A stretch of DNA of 64,000 nt from Bacteroidales bacterium (GTDB lineage Bacteria; Bacteroidota; Bacteroidia; Bacteroidales; UBA3663), in contig JAFSKF010000019.1 in assembly GCA_017449065.1 (NCBI GenBank), positions 56,952 through 120,951 on the forward strand. Direction: 5' to 3'. The notes under the pieces are model-generated. The model searched no databases, was not told where the DNA came from, and saw nothing but the letters and a program-made list of their open reading frames with translations. The position numbers and the translations under genes were made by a program. Below, in pieces: positions 43,772-52,731 of the stretch (position 1 is the first letter of the stretch; every line of letters begins with the position of its first letter).

Positions 43772-45841
43772 ATGAAAAAAATCATACTTTCATTGGTTGT
43801 AGCGCTTTTGGGTATCGGTAGTGCCAGCGCTACGAAGTTGTATGCAACTTACGGCACGCCGGCAAGCGAAGGCAGTTGGAACGCAGAAACTAATACTTAC
43901 ACCTGGACAGCAAGTTATAGCAATTTGATGACCATTTTCTCGTTCGGTAGCGGAGAACTGGCCAATTACACAAGTTTGCATTTGACTACTTCAGATTATA
44001 CAGGTACGTATCGTGTCTGTTTCATGAATGGATCAACGGCAGTGGCTACCATAGCGTTCTATTCTGCAGGACAGAAAGATTTGGTATTTGCAGAACGGAA
44101 TGAAACCAAAGACTTAGATCTGTCTGCAATCACTCATATCAGTTTTGGCGGTGCAAGCGGAAGCGGCTCAATTACACTTTCCGCAACACCATATATGGTA
44201 AAACCCACAACGGTTGACTTCGACGAGACAGGAGTTGCCATTATTGGTTTGACAGATATCACTGCAGACAGCAATTTGACTTATGATGACCAGACAGGCG
44301 AAATGACCAGCAATGGACAAGGCACGTTCTCTGTTTCCCTCAATAACGAAGATTTCAGTAGCGTAACAAAGGTAGAACTGCTTCGTTCCGGCGATGACAT
44401 CGTGCAGACTTTGCAGATAAAGGATGCCGACAATGGTGTATTGAATACTTGGTATGGCAGTAAATATAGCTGCGATTTCACCAGTTACCAGGCCAAGGCC
44501 GGTAAGATTACCCAATTGTCTTGGAACTGCAATACGGCAGGTACGATGACAATTACCGGAATCCGCCTTACAGCCAGCGTCATCTATGCCACCAATCCAC
44601 ATTATACTACGTTTACCAAGGGTATGTTCCACAAATGGACTGGAGTGGATGGCTCTGCAGAGCAGACTTCAGAAACGGTATATCCCTCCTTCGAACTGAA
44701 CACAGCCTTGGCGGCAGGAAGTACTGTTGTGGGTGACGGTAATGTGAGCAATCTGTTCTATGCAGATCTTTCCGATTACGACAAACTTGTCGTCGAGGGT
44801 ACAGCAGGCACCTCTTTGCGCGTGCTCCTCAATCGCCAGGCGGATAATAGCCTTACGGAGCTGAATCCTACTTTCGATAGTAACGGCAAATTTGAGATTG
44901 ACCTCAGTGCTTACAAAACCACGCCAGGCTATGTTCATTTGAATGCTATCAAGCGCCCTTGGGACGGCGGCACCGCTACAATCACCAGCATATTGCTTTA
45001 CAAGGAAACGGTTTCTTCTCCATACGATTATGTCTTCGCAGGAAGTGGAGTGCTGACGGCAAGTGCAACGGCTGCTCTTGCAGATGTTTCTGCTACGAGC
45101 TTTGACGCTACGGGAATCACTAAGGCTACTGCTTTAGATGCTGCTAACCCCAACAGCCTATTTGCAGCTAACACAGGTATGCTGACCAATGCAAGCAACG
45201 TTATCGTGAGCGGAGCTTGTGCAAACTTCTCGCTTACTGACGGCTATGCCTTGAATGTTCCAGCCGCCTTTACGGCAACATCAGCAAGCTATGCACGTAC
45301 ATTGCCTGCATGGAGCACATCGGTATTGCCATACGATTGCGATGTGCCGGAAGGCGTTACGGCTTATAGCGTATCGGCCTCCGCTGGCGACGAATATGTA
45401 ACCTGTACGAAACTTAGCCAGATTACTGCAAACGAGCCGTTCCTGATCAAGGCCGATGCCAACACGGATGCTACCTTTACGGCTTCAGAGGTGTCGGTTC
45501 CTGCCACTCCAAATGATTTGGGCAACGAGGGCCTGACAGGTGTCTTCAAGTCACAGTTGGCTCCAGTGGGCAGCTACGTATTGCAGAGTGGAGAGTTTAA
45601 GAAGGTGGCCGAAGGTAGCCAGCCGACCATTCATCCTTTCCGTGCTTATCTGACGCTTTCTTCGTCGGCTCCTGTATTGCGCGTCGTATTCAGCGAGGAT
45701 AGTGAAACCGCTATCGGCAGATTGGCTGTTGAAGGTGAGATGAAGGAAGGCAAGATCTTCAACCTCCAGGGTCAGGAGGTAGCCGCTCCACAGCGTGGAC
45801 AGGTTTATGTTCAGAACGGACGCAGATTCATTCTGAAGTAA
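43772..45841 (+). CDS. large exported protein, paralogue 1 (shared N- and C-terminal modules with 50315..52411)
   Basis: The ATG at 43772 gives the signal peptide MKKIILSLVVALLGIGSASA. The C-terminus is ...PFRAYLTLS...IFNLQGQEVAAPQRGQVYVQNGRRFILK. Confidence 0.8.
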   Translation: MKKIILSLVVALLGIGSASATKLYATYGTPASEGSWNAETNTYTWTASYSNLMTIFSFGSGELANYTSLHLTTSDYTGTYRVCFMNGSTAVATIAFYSAGQKDLVFAERNETKDLDLSAITHISFGGASGSGSITLSATPYMVKPTTVDFDETGVAIIGLTDITADSNLTYDDQTGEMTSNGQGTFSVSLNNEDFSSVTKVELLRSGDDIVQTLQIKDADNGVLNTWYGSKYSCDFTSYQAKAGKITQLSWNCNTAGTMTITGIRLTASVIYATNPHYTTFTKGMFHKWTGVDGSAEQTSETVYPSFELNTALAAGSTVVGDGNVSNLFYADLSDYDKLVVEGTAGTSLRVLLNRQADNSLTELNPTFDSNGKFEIDLSAYKTTPGYVHLNAIKRPWDGGTATITSILLYKETVSSPYDYVFAGSGVLTASATAALADVSATSFDATGITKATALDAANPNSLFAANTGMLTNASNVIVSGACANFSLTDGYALNVPAAFTATSASYARTLPAWSTSVLPYDCDVPEGVTAYSVSASAGDEYVTCTKLSQITANEPFLIKADANTDATFTASEVSVPATPNDLGNEGLTGVFKSQLAPVGSYVLQSGEFKKVAEGSQPTIHPFRAYLTLSSSAPVLRVVFSEDSETAIGRLAVEGEMKEGKIFNLQGQEVAAPQRGQVYVQNGRRFILK

Positions 45842-45869
45842 TCTTTAACGGATTTAGAGATAAGGGTCG

Positions 45870-45910
45870 TACCCTGAGAAACGTTGGAAGAAACGACGTT
45901 TTTCAGGGTA
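45870..45910. terminator. bidirectional terminator hairpin between convergent genes
   Basis: TACCCTGA...TCAGGGTA outer stem with an inner AAACGT/ACGTTT extension, between the stops at 45841 (+) and 45920 (-). Confidence 0.6.
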
Positions 45911-45919
45911 TGGCATATT

Positions 45920-48900
45920 TCAATGATGGTTACCGGTATGCTTGGCCATATATTCGGACGGAGTGACACCGAAATGTTTCTTGAATACCGAAGTGAAATG
46001 TGCCGGAGAAGAAAAGCCCGTAGCGTAGGTAACCTGCGAAATGGTGATGTCGCCGCTCTCCAAAAGTTTGGCTGCCTGCTGCATGCGAAGATTGCGGATA
46101 AACTCACCCGCCGAAATGCCGGTCAGTTCTTTCATCCTTCGGTGCAACTGGGCGCGGCTCAGGCCTACATCTTCTGCCAATGCCTCTACGTTGTAGTTAC
46201 TGTCGTCGAGCCGGCTGTTAATGGCCTTCATAATCTTTTCCAGTAAGACTTCATCGTTCCCCCTCACTTCAATCTGCCGGACGGTACTTGCCTGTTCCTG
46301 CAATCCGGAGAATTTGCCGCGAATCAGGTTGCGATTGGCAATCAGGCCGGTTATGCGAACCTCCAGTTCTTCCAGGTTGAAAGGTTTGTCCATATAGGCA
46401 TCCGCTTTTTTCTCAAGACCTTTGATTCGCGACTGGTGGTCGGTTTGTGTGGTGAGAAGAATGACGGGAATATGACTGGTTTTCGTATTGCTCTTAACGA
46501 GACGTAGCAGTTCGAAGCCGTCCAAGTTCGGCATTACCACATCGCTGATGACCAGATCGGGTAAGGAATCGGTGATGCACTCCAACGCTTTCTGGCTGTC
46601 GGTGAATGTTTGCACGAAATAGGATTCTCCCAATTCCGTTTGCAGGAAATCGCAGATGTCTTCATCATCGTCCACCACAATAATGCGGTAGGACGTCTTT
46701 TTGCGATTGCTGCGTATTCCCTGATCTTTGTTGTTGGCACCAGACGCTTCGTCGATGAAAGGCTGCACCTGGCGACTGTCTGTCGCAACGAGTTGTTCTT
46801 GCGGCAGATGTTTATTGCCCGTCTTCAGATATACGATGAATTCTGACCCTTTCGCATCGGAGCGGTTCCGGGCAATGATGCTTCCGCCATGCAAGTCGAT
46901 AATCTTGCGGGTCAGATTGAGCCCGATACCGTAGCTCATCTGTCCTGTGGCAGGTCGTGCAGACGCTTGGTAAAAGCGTTCGAAAATCTTTCGTAATTGC
47001 GCTTCATCGATGCCCGGCCCGTTATCGCGCACGCAGAACTCTGCTTGCCCGTCGGACGTCTGACGGAGAGAAATTTCGATTTCTCCGCCATCTTTTGCGT
47101 ATTTGATGGCATTTCCGATAAGGTTATACACCACTTTGTCGAACTGGTCGGGGTCAATCCATACTGTCAGATCCGGAGCCTGATTGCTGAAGTTCAGGTG
47201 CAGTTGTCTCTCTTCCGCCTGATAGTCGAAATCGTGACAGATGTCAGCAATAAAGTCTCCCAGGCGGGTTTCTGCATAGTGCAGCGTCATCTGGCCTTTT
47301 TCGATTTTGCGGATGCTAAGAATCTGGTGCGTCAGCGTGAGCAGTCGGTTTGTGTTTCGCTCCATGTTGCGTAATGCCCGCGTTGTTGCCGCATCGTGGC
47401 TATTGCCCAGTAACTGTTCAAGAGGAGTCTTGATGAGGGTCAGCGGTGAACGCAGTTCGTGGCTGATATCTACAAAGAAGCGGATTTTCTCTTCGTTGGT
47501 TTCAGCTTGGCGCCGGTTCCAGTAGTTGCGCCACCAAAGTGCAATGATGCCGGCAAGCAGCAACAGGTAGAGGGTGTAGGCCATCCACGAACGATACCAG
47601 GGAGGACTGACCAGAATGTAGAGCGTTTTGACGGCGGAGCGGGCTCCATTGTCGTATGCACGAACTTGCAACTGGTGACTTCCTATAGAAAGTCTCGACA
47701 GGAAAATCTCGCTGACACCGTTTGACGTTCTGTGCCACTGGCTTCCGGGTTCTCCGTTGAAGCGATATTCGTAGCAGATATTCTGTGCATCGCGGAAATC
47801 CATCGGAGAGAAAGTCAGGCTGAAGGTGTTGTCCAGATACGATACCTTTATGCTTTCCGTTTCTTCGATAGGAGAGGTGATGACTGCTTTCCCGTTGGAA
47901 AGCGTAGTGGTGTTAACGTCGATGTCTCCTAACCGCATGCCGGTCAGCGTAATGTTTCTGTCGAAATTGCCTATTTCGATGTTTTGAGGAGTGAACCAGG
48001 TGATTCCGTTCTGATGTCCGAAGATGGCTTCACCGTGTGAGGAATTGGCATAGATTCCACGGGAGTACGACCATTCCTGCAAGCCGTTCCCATGGTAGAA
48101 ACTGGTAAAATTTCCTCCGGCCTCCAGTTTCCCCAATCCGCGAAACGTGCTTACCCAAAGAGTGCTGTCGGCGGCAACCACCAGCCCGCAGATGATGTTG
48201 TTAGGCAGGCCGTCGGCGGTTGTGTAGCGCTTCCATTGTCCGTCGTATCGGAAAAGTCCCTTGTTGCTGCCTATCCATACGGCATGATCCGGCGTTTGTG
48301 CAATGGCATAGACAATGGCAGGTCGCAGCGCCGGATGAACTTTCAGATCCATCATGCTGTCTGTGTTCGGATCGTAAACGTCAATGCCGTAGTAGTGCCC
48401 GATCCAAATCCACCCGTTGCTGTCCGTAAAGAGTTTGTTCAGATAAATGTTTTTCAGCTGAGGTTGTCCGTTGCATAACGGCCTTTCGGTTTTGCCGTCG
48501 GGGGTGTAGCTGTGTATTCCATTGCCGAAAACGGCAGTATAGATATTGCCTTGTTTGTCCTGAGCGATGCTACCGATGCGTTGGGTGCCTGTCTGCGCGA
48601 ACCATTCTGGCTCAGGGGTGCGGGTGCCGGATTCTTTGGGATGGCTGATGCGGAATAAGCCGTTCCGATAAGTGCCTACCCAGAGTGAGCCTTCGTTATC
48701 TTCGTGAATCGACATAACCGTATAGTCTTTCATCCACTGGTGCCGGCAGTTTCCTTCCCGGTCGATATCCGCTATGCCGCCTTTCTCCTGACAAATATAC
48801 ACATGTCCCTTCTGGTCGGCAAATACGCTTCGCAGCGGATTTCCGTTGTTGGTTTCAATTTGTCGCAATGGGACATAGTGAAACGGAGTTTCTTTGTCCG

Positions 48901-49879
48901 AAACCATCAGTAATCCCTTTTGGTAGCAGCCGATCCAAAGATTGCCGTCCTGATCTTTCAGGAAGGCACGAACCTTTTCAAGCACCAGATTGGGGAAATC
49001 CGGATTCCTGACCTTTTGGGCGGTGCCTGCGGTAAGGTCCACATTCCATAATCCGTTGCCCGAAGTACCGAACATCAGATTTCCGGAAGAGTCAAAACAC
49101 ATACGATAAACGGTGTTCTGGGTAAAATCTGCCTTTTTTTCGAAGCATAGCTTTCTTTCGTCAAACTGCAAGATGGCATTTGTAGATAGGACAGTCAACA
49201 CTTGATTCCTGTCTTCTGCAATGTCGATGGCCGAAAAGATGCTGTCGGTAAGGGCCTCGAAATACGTGGTTTGTTCCGTCTTTGTGTCAATCATGAGCAG
49301 GCCCCGGCCTTGACTGGCAATCCACAACCGGCGTTTGCTGTCCAGATAGAAGTTGTTGCAGGTGTTATGAATGTATGGGTTGACGAATGCCAGGGGGTGA
49401 GCCTGCAAGTTGTCGTCCACCTCGTACACACCGGATTTTGCACTAAGCAGCCAGATGTTCCCTTCGGGTGTTTGCAGGATGTCGTTGATGTTTGCCGAAG
49501 TGCCTTTTTCGAACTTGATGCTTTCGAACCCGTTGGTCAGCCGGTTGTAGCGTTGCGCACCCCGGTTGGTCAGCACCCAGACTTTTCCGTCCCGGTCGGT
49601 CATCAGTAAGCGTACAATGTCGTCGGAAAGCGACTCCGCTACAGAATCGTCGCTGTAAAACTGCGTCACATGTTCACCGTCGAATCTGTTCAGGCCGTAT
49701 TCTGTGCCAATCCAGAGGTAGCCCTGCCGGTCTTGGCACAGCGCAGTAATGAGGTTCGACGAAAGCAGATGTTCGTCAATCATTCGGGATGCTGCACGTG
49801 CCGGGGTTGCCGTCAGCAGCAAAAGGCATAAACTCCACAGCTTCAGTTTTATTGTCGAGAGGTTCGTATTATTGTTCAT
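45920..49879 (-). CDS. hybrid two-component system sensor kinase/response regulator with AraC-type HTH
   Basis: The start at 49879 gives a signal/TM segment. The protein has a periplasmic beta-propeller-type repeat region, H-box ISHELRSPLT, an ATPase domain (DNGPGI, GIGLNL), a receiver (VVDDDEDI...SDVVMPNLDG) and a C-terminal AraC HTH. Confidence 0.92.
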   Translation of the reverse strand: MNNNTNLSTIKLKLWSLCLLLLTATPARAASRMIDEHLLSSNLITALCQDRQGYLWIGTEYGLNRFDGEHVTQFYSDDSVAESLSDDIVRLLMTDRDGKVWVLTNRGAQRYNRLTNGFESIKFEKGTSANINDILQTPEGNIWLLSAKSGVYEVDDNLQAHPLAFVNPYIHNTCNNFYLDSKRRLWIASQGRGLLMIDTKTEQTTYFEALTDSIFSAIDIAEDRNQVLTVLSTNAILQFDERKLCFEKKADFTQNTVYRMCFDSSGNLMFGTSGNGLWNVDLTAGTAQKVRNPDFPNLVLEKVRAFLKDQDGNLWIGCYQKGLLMVSDKETPFHYVPLRQIETNNGNPLRSVFADQKGHVYICQEKGGIADIDREGNCRHQWMKDYTVMSIHEDNEGSLWVGTYRNGLFRISHPKESGTRTPEPEWFAQTGTQRIGSIAQDKQGNIYTAVFGNGIHSYTPDGKTERPLCNGQPQLKNIYLNKLFTDSNGWIWIGHYYGIDVYDPNTDSMMDLKVHPALRPAIVYAIAQTPDHAVWIGSNKGLFRYDGQWKRYTTADGLPNNIICGLVVAADSTLWVSTFRGLGKLEAGGNFTSFYHGNGLQEWSYSRGIYANSSHGEAIFGHQNGITWFTPQNIEIGNFDRNITLTGMRLGDIDVNTTTLSNGKAVITSPIEETESIKVSYLDNTFSLTFSPMDFRDAQNICYEYRFNGEPGSQWHRTSNGVSEIFLSRLSIGSHQLQVRAYDNGARSAVKTLYILVSPPWYRSWMAYTLYLLLLAGIIALWWRNYWNRRQAETNEEKIRFFVDISHELRSPLTLIKTPLEQLLGNSHDAATTRALRNMERNTNRLLTLTHQILSIRKIEKGQMTLHYAETRLGDFIADICHDFDYQAEERQLHLNFSNQAPDLTVWIDPDQFDKVVYNLIGNAIKYAKDGGEIEISLRQTSDGQAEFCVRDNGPGIDEAQLRKIFERFYQASARPATGQMSYGIGLNLTRKIIDLHGGSIIARNRSDAKGSEFIVYLKTGNKHLPQEQLVATDSRQVQPFIDEASGANNKDQGIRSNRKKTSYRIIVVDDDEDICDFLQTELGESYFVQTFTDSQKALECITDSLPDLVISDVVMPNLDGFELLRLVKSNTKTSHIPVILLTTQTDHQSRIKGLEKKADAYMDKPFNLEELEVRITGLIANRNLIRGKFSGLQEQASTVRQIEVRGNDEVLLEKIMKAINSRLDDSNYNVEALAEDVGLSRAQLHRRMKELTGISAGEFIRNLRMQQAAKLLESGDITISQVTYATGFSSPAHFTSVFKKHFGVTPSEYMAKHTGNHH

Positions 49880-49909
49880 ATTATGAGCCAAAATATGGAA
49901 ATGATGGCG

Positions 49910-49917
49910 CAAATATA
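49910..49917 (-). promoter_or_regulatory. candidate -7 promoter box (TATATTTG on minus strand) for the HTCS
   Basis: Matches TAnnTTTG, 31 nt upstream of the ATG at 49879. Confidence 0.45.
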
Positions 49918-49963
49918 CAACAAAAAATTCAAAAATGCACCAATTCAGGCTCATTTTTTTAAG

Positions 49964-50000
49964 AAAAAAACGAGACAAATGCCTCACGGCGTCTGTCTCG
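49964..50000 (-). terminator. rho-independent terminator after the large-protein/peptide pair
   Basis: On the minus strand, a CGAGACA...TGTCTCG hairpin is followed by TTTTTTT. Confidence 0.6.
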
Positions 50001-50111
50001 CATTTTTGTTACATTTTTTGAAATAATAGTTAACCAATTTTTACTAACAATTGATTGAAGCTACCTTCTTTTCTAACGCATCTTAGTTTTTATTCATCAA
50101 ATCACATTCCT

Positions 50112-50279
50112 TCATTCGTCATCGCCCCAAAGCTTGCTTCTTGAAGAAAGGGTTTCGTATTCGGTTGAAGCCGGACTTTCATTTACAGATGCACCCAGGG
50201 GGCTTGCTGCGATGATTTGGGCACAGCCGATCTTAACCACCTGAAACACTGGTTTTGTATAGTTTTTTAAGCTCTTCAT
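50112..50279 (-). CDS. 55-aa peptide (MKSLKNYTKPVFQVVKIGCAQIIAAS...SRSKLWGDDE), paralogue of 43575..43742
   Basis: The track ORF is 50112..50315. The start at 50279 was chosen by alignment with the other peptide. Both are then exactly 55 aa. Confidence 0.6.
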   Translation of the reverse strand: MKSLKNYTKPVFQVVKIGCAQIIAASPLGASVNESPASTEYETLSSRSKLWGDDE

Positions 50280-50314
50280 ATCATTGCTATTTTTCATAAT
50301 ACTGTTTCCTTTCA

Positions 50315-52411
50315 TTATTTGACAATGTACTTTTTACCATTTTTTACCACCAAGCCCTTGTAGTTCTTGCCTACGCGCTGTCCTGCCAGGTTGTAGCTTT
50401 CGCTGTTTCCGGCCTCAGTTTCGCAAGTTGCCTCCTGAATGCCTGTCTCTTCGTCGGTAAAGGCTATCGAGAGAGAAGGAGCACCTCCGGGTTCCGCTGT
50501 CAGGTAAGCACGGAAGGAAGTAATGCGGATGGTGTTGTCAGTAGCCACCTTATAGAAGCCAAGGCCATCTGCTCCGTTTTGCAGAACGTAGCTGTCGGCG
50601 GGGACATAATAAACAGGATTATAAGCACTTTGGCTCCCTGCCTGCACATAGACACCAGTTAATGCACCGTTTGAGGCAATAGTACCAGGCCAAGTGGGAG
50701 CGGTTGTGGATGGTCCTGTATAGTCAGTTGCCTTAAAGTCATAGCCTCCTGCTTCGGTAACGTTGATAAGCACAGGTGTATTAGCAGAGATTGTACCTGA
50801 GGTAATCTTTGTTGCGGCAACTTGGTCACCACTTATATAATTTAGGGTATAGGCCGTTACATTCTCTGGAATAGTTGCGTCGAAAGGAAGAACCAATGTT
50901 GATGCCAATGCAGAACCAACGGTAAGCTGATACCAATTGGAAATACCGTATAATGTAGCAGTATTATAATCGGAAGGAATAGTCTTTAATGGCGTTCTTG
51001 AAGCAACGGTAGGGTTTGTTGACAACGCAGTATAGCCATAACGTACAGGGTTGGGCAGTGCACCGCCGCGATTGCCGTAAGGCTTATTGCTTACATTCAT
51101 CTGAATTTCATACACCTTTTTACTTTCATCATTCGTCAACGAAGGCATTTTGTCAGCCGTTGACTTATTCAGATTTCCCTGTCCCCAGAAATAAGTGGTG
51201 GCGGGAACAGCAGAACCGTTCAGTTTATATGTCAACTGACCTGAGGCGATTTCGGCATCGCTGACCTGTGTGCCTTGGGTGCTGCTGCCGAATTTGGTTG
51301 TGTAATAACAATTGGTAGGAGTTACGATTGCGGAAGATCCTGTAGTACCAATATTCTGAGTACCATTCGTTACACTTGTTGCAGCAACTAAGCAATTGTT
51401 AGTCGTAGCAGTAACACCAGAACCTCTTACCCAACTGATTAATCCACAGCAATGATTAGCTTGGTCAGAGCTAATACTACCATTGAAGAGACAATCATTG
51501 AATGTAATTGAAGTTCCGTTAAGTACCCCACCAGCATTGTCTGCACATCGCCCTACTAAACCACCGACACGTCCATTATTACTATCGCTACCACTATTTG
51601 CTGTTAACCTCATACTGCTCGAGCAATAGTTCAGTGTGCTGGCACCGCCTGCTGTACCAACGATGCCGCCAAAGATATTTCTGGCGGTTATAGAACCTGC
51701 CGTGGCAAGGTTATTGATTGTCGCATCTTTAATATACTGGAAAGGAGCGACTCCGTCAGATGAGGTATTACTATAGTTGAATGTCAGCGTGTGTCCTGCA
51801 CCATCAAACGTGCCTTGATAAGGATTCGTCGTTGTTCCCACCATCGTGCTACCAGCATCTACATCGGCAGTCATAGACACATTAACCTTAAGCAGACCTG
51901 CACTGACAACGGAACTCAGGGTTTGCCAGTCTTCTGTCGTGCCAACACCATGATTAGCCTCAAGATAGATGCCATCAAGATCAACAACTGTAGAGCCGGT
52001 ACCAGAAGAACTGCCTGAGAATTTAATACTTGTTATGGTAGCAGCCTGCTCTTCCGTGAGATATTCGGAAATGTTCAGATTCTTAGTTCCATCCGAATAT
52101 GGAGAAATGGCTTTGATATTCGTGCTGCCTGCATAGAAAATTACACGATATTTTTCACCAGATGCCAATGTACTACCGGATGATACCCAGTTAATTGTAG
52201 AGAACTTGGACAGTGTGCCAGCCGTAAATGAGAAGATGGTGAGCTGATTGGAAGAAGTTGTCGTCCATGTCCATGTTTTAGATTCCGTGTCGTAGGAAAT
52301 GTTGTCATTCGAACTAGAGATGCCCGTACTGTACGCTCTCATGTTCTCCGCCATCAGGCTGCCGGTTCCTATCAGCAGCGCGGCAATAAATAAGGTAAAT
52401 TTTTTAAGCAT
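50315..52411 (-). CDS. large exported protein, paralogue 2, with GLUG-type repeats
   Basis: The ATG at 52411 lies downstream of the -7 box and gives the signal peptide MLKKFTLFIAALLIGTGSLMA. The middle carries GTFDGAGHTL plus FGGIVG, VGGLVG and CCGLIS repeats. The C-terminus is ...SFRAYLTAE...YNLAGQRVGKNYKGLVVKNGKKYIVK. Confidence 0.8.
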   Translation of the reverse strand: MLKKFTLFIAALLIGTGSLMAENMRAYSTGISSSNDNISYDTESKTWTWTTTSSNQLTIFSFTAGTLSKFSTINWVSSGSTLASGEKYRVIFYAGSTNIKAISPYSDGTKNLNISEYLTEEQAATITSIKFSGSSSGTGSTVVDLDGIYLEANHGVGTTEDWQTLSSVVSAGLLKVNVSMTADVDAGSTMVGTTTNPYQGTFDGAGHTLTFNYSNTSSDGVAPFQYIKDATINNLATAGSITARNIFGGIVGTAGGASTLNYCSSSMRLTANSGSDSNNGRVGGLVGRCADNAGGVLNGTSITFNDCLFNGSISSDQANHCCGLISWVRGSGVTATTNNCLVAATSVTNGTQNIGTTGSSAIVTPTNCYYTTKFGSSTQGTQVSDAEIASGQLTYKLNGSAVPATTYFWGQGNLNKSTADKMPSLTNDESKKVYEIQMNVSNKPYGNRGGALPNPVRYGYTALSTNPTVASRTPLKTIPSDYNTATLYGISNWYQLTVGSALASTLVLPFDATIPENVTAYTLNYISGDQVAATKITSGTISANTPVLINVTEAGGYDFKATDYTGPSTTAPTWPGTIASNGALTGVYVQAGSQSAYNPVYYVPADSYVLQNGADGLGFYKVATDNTIRITSFRAYLTAEPGGAPSLSIAFTDEETGIQEATCETEAGNSESYNLAGQRVGKNYKGLVVKNGKKYIVK

Positions 52412-52450
52412 AATAAAATTTTTTTGATAATAGGTTAAAAATTGATGGTG

Positions 52451-52458
52451 CAAAGGTA
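52451..52458 (-). promoter_or_regulatory. candidate -7 promoter box (TACCTTTG on minus strand)
   Basis: Matches TAnnTTTG, 40 nt upstream of the ATG at 52411. Confidence 0.5.
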
Positions 52459-52489
52459 GGAAGTTTTAGCGGAATAAGTAAAAAAATAT

Positions 52490-52522
52490 GATACACGTAT
52501 CTTCGAAATTGACACGTGTATC
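52490..52522. promoter_or_regulatory. perfect 9-bp inverted repeat GATACACGT-N15-ACGTGTATC
   Basis: Arms at 52490-52498 and 52514-52522, located about 30-70 nt upstream of the -7 box of paralogue 2. Confidence 0.5.
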
Positions 52523-52731
52523 TATAAAAAATATTTCGTTGTTTTGCGAATTTGTATCGCAAATGTTGCTTTGAGGCGGCTGAAATGGATATTGTCGGTT
52601 TTGTTCTGTCCGGGTTTCTCGCTTTCACACTTCAATTTCGTGCCATCTCCCAACTTCACAGCATAGCAAATCGGTCGATGCCAGTGATTTTGGAACTACG
52701 ACTATGGCACTAAAAGTGGAAGCTAAAGAAC

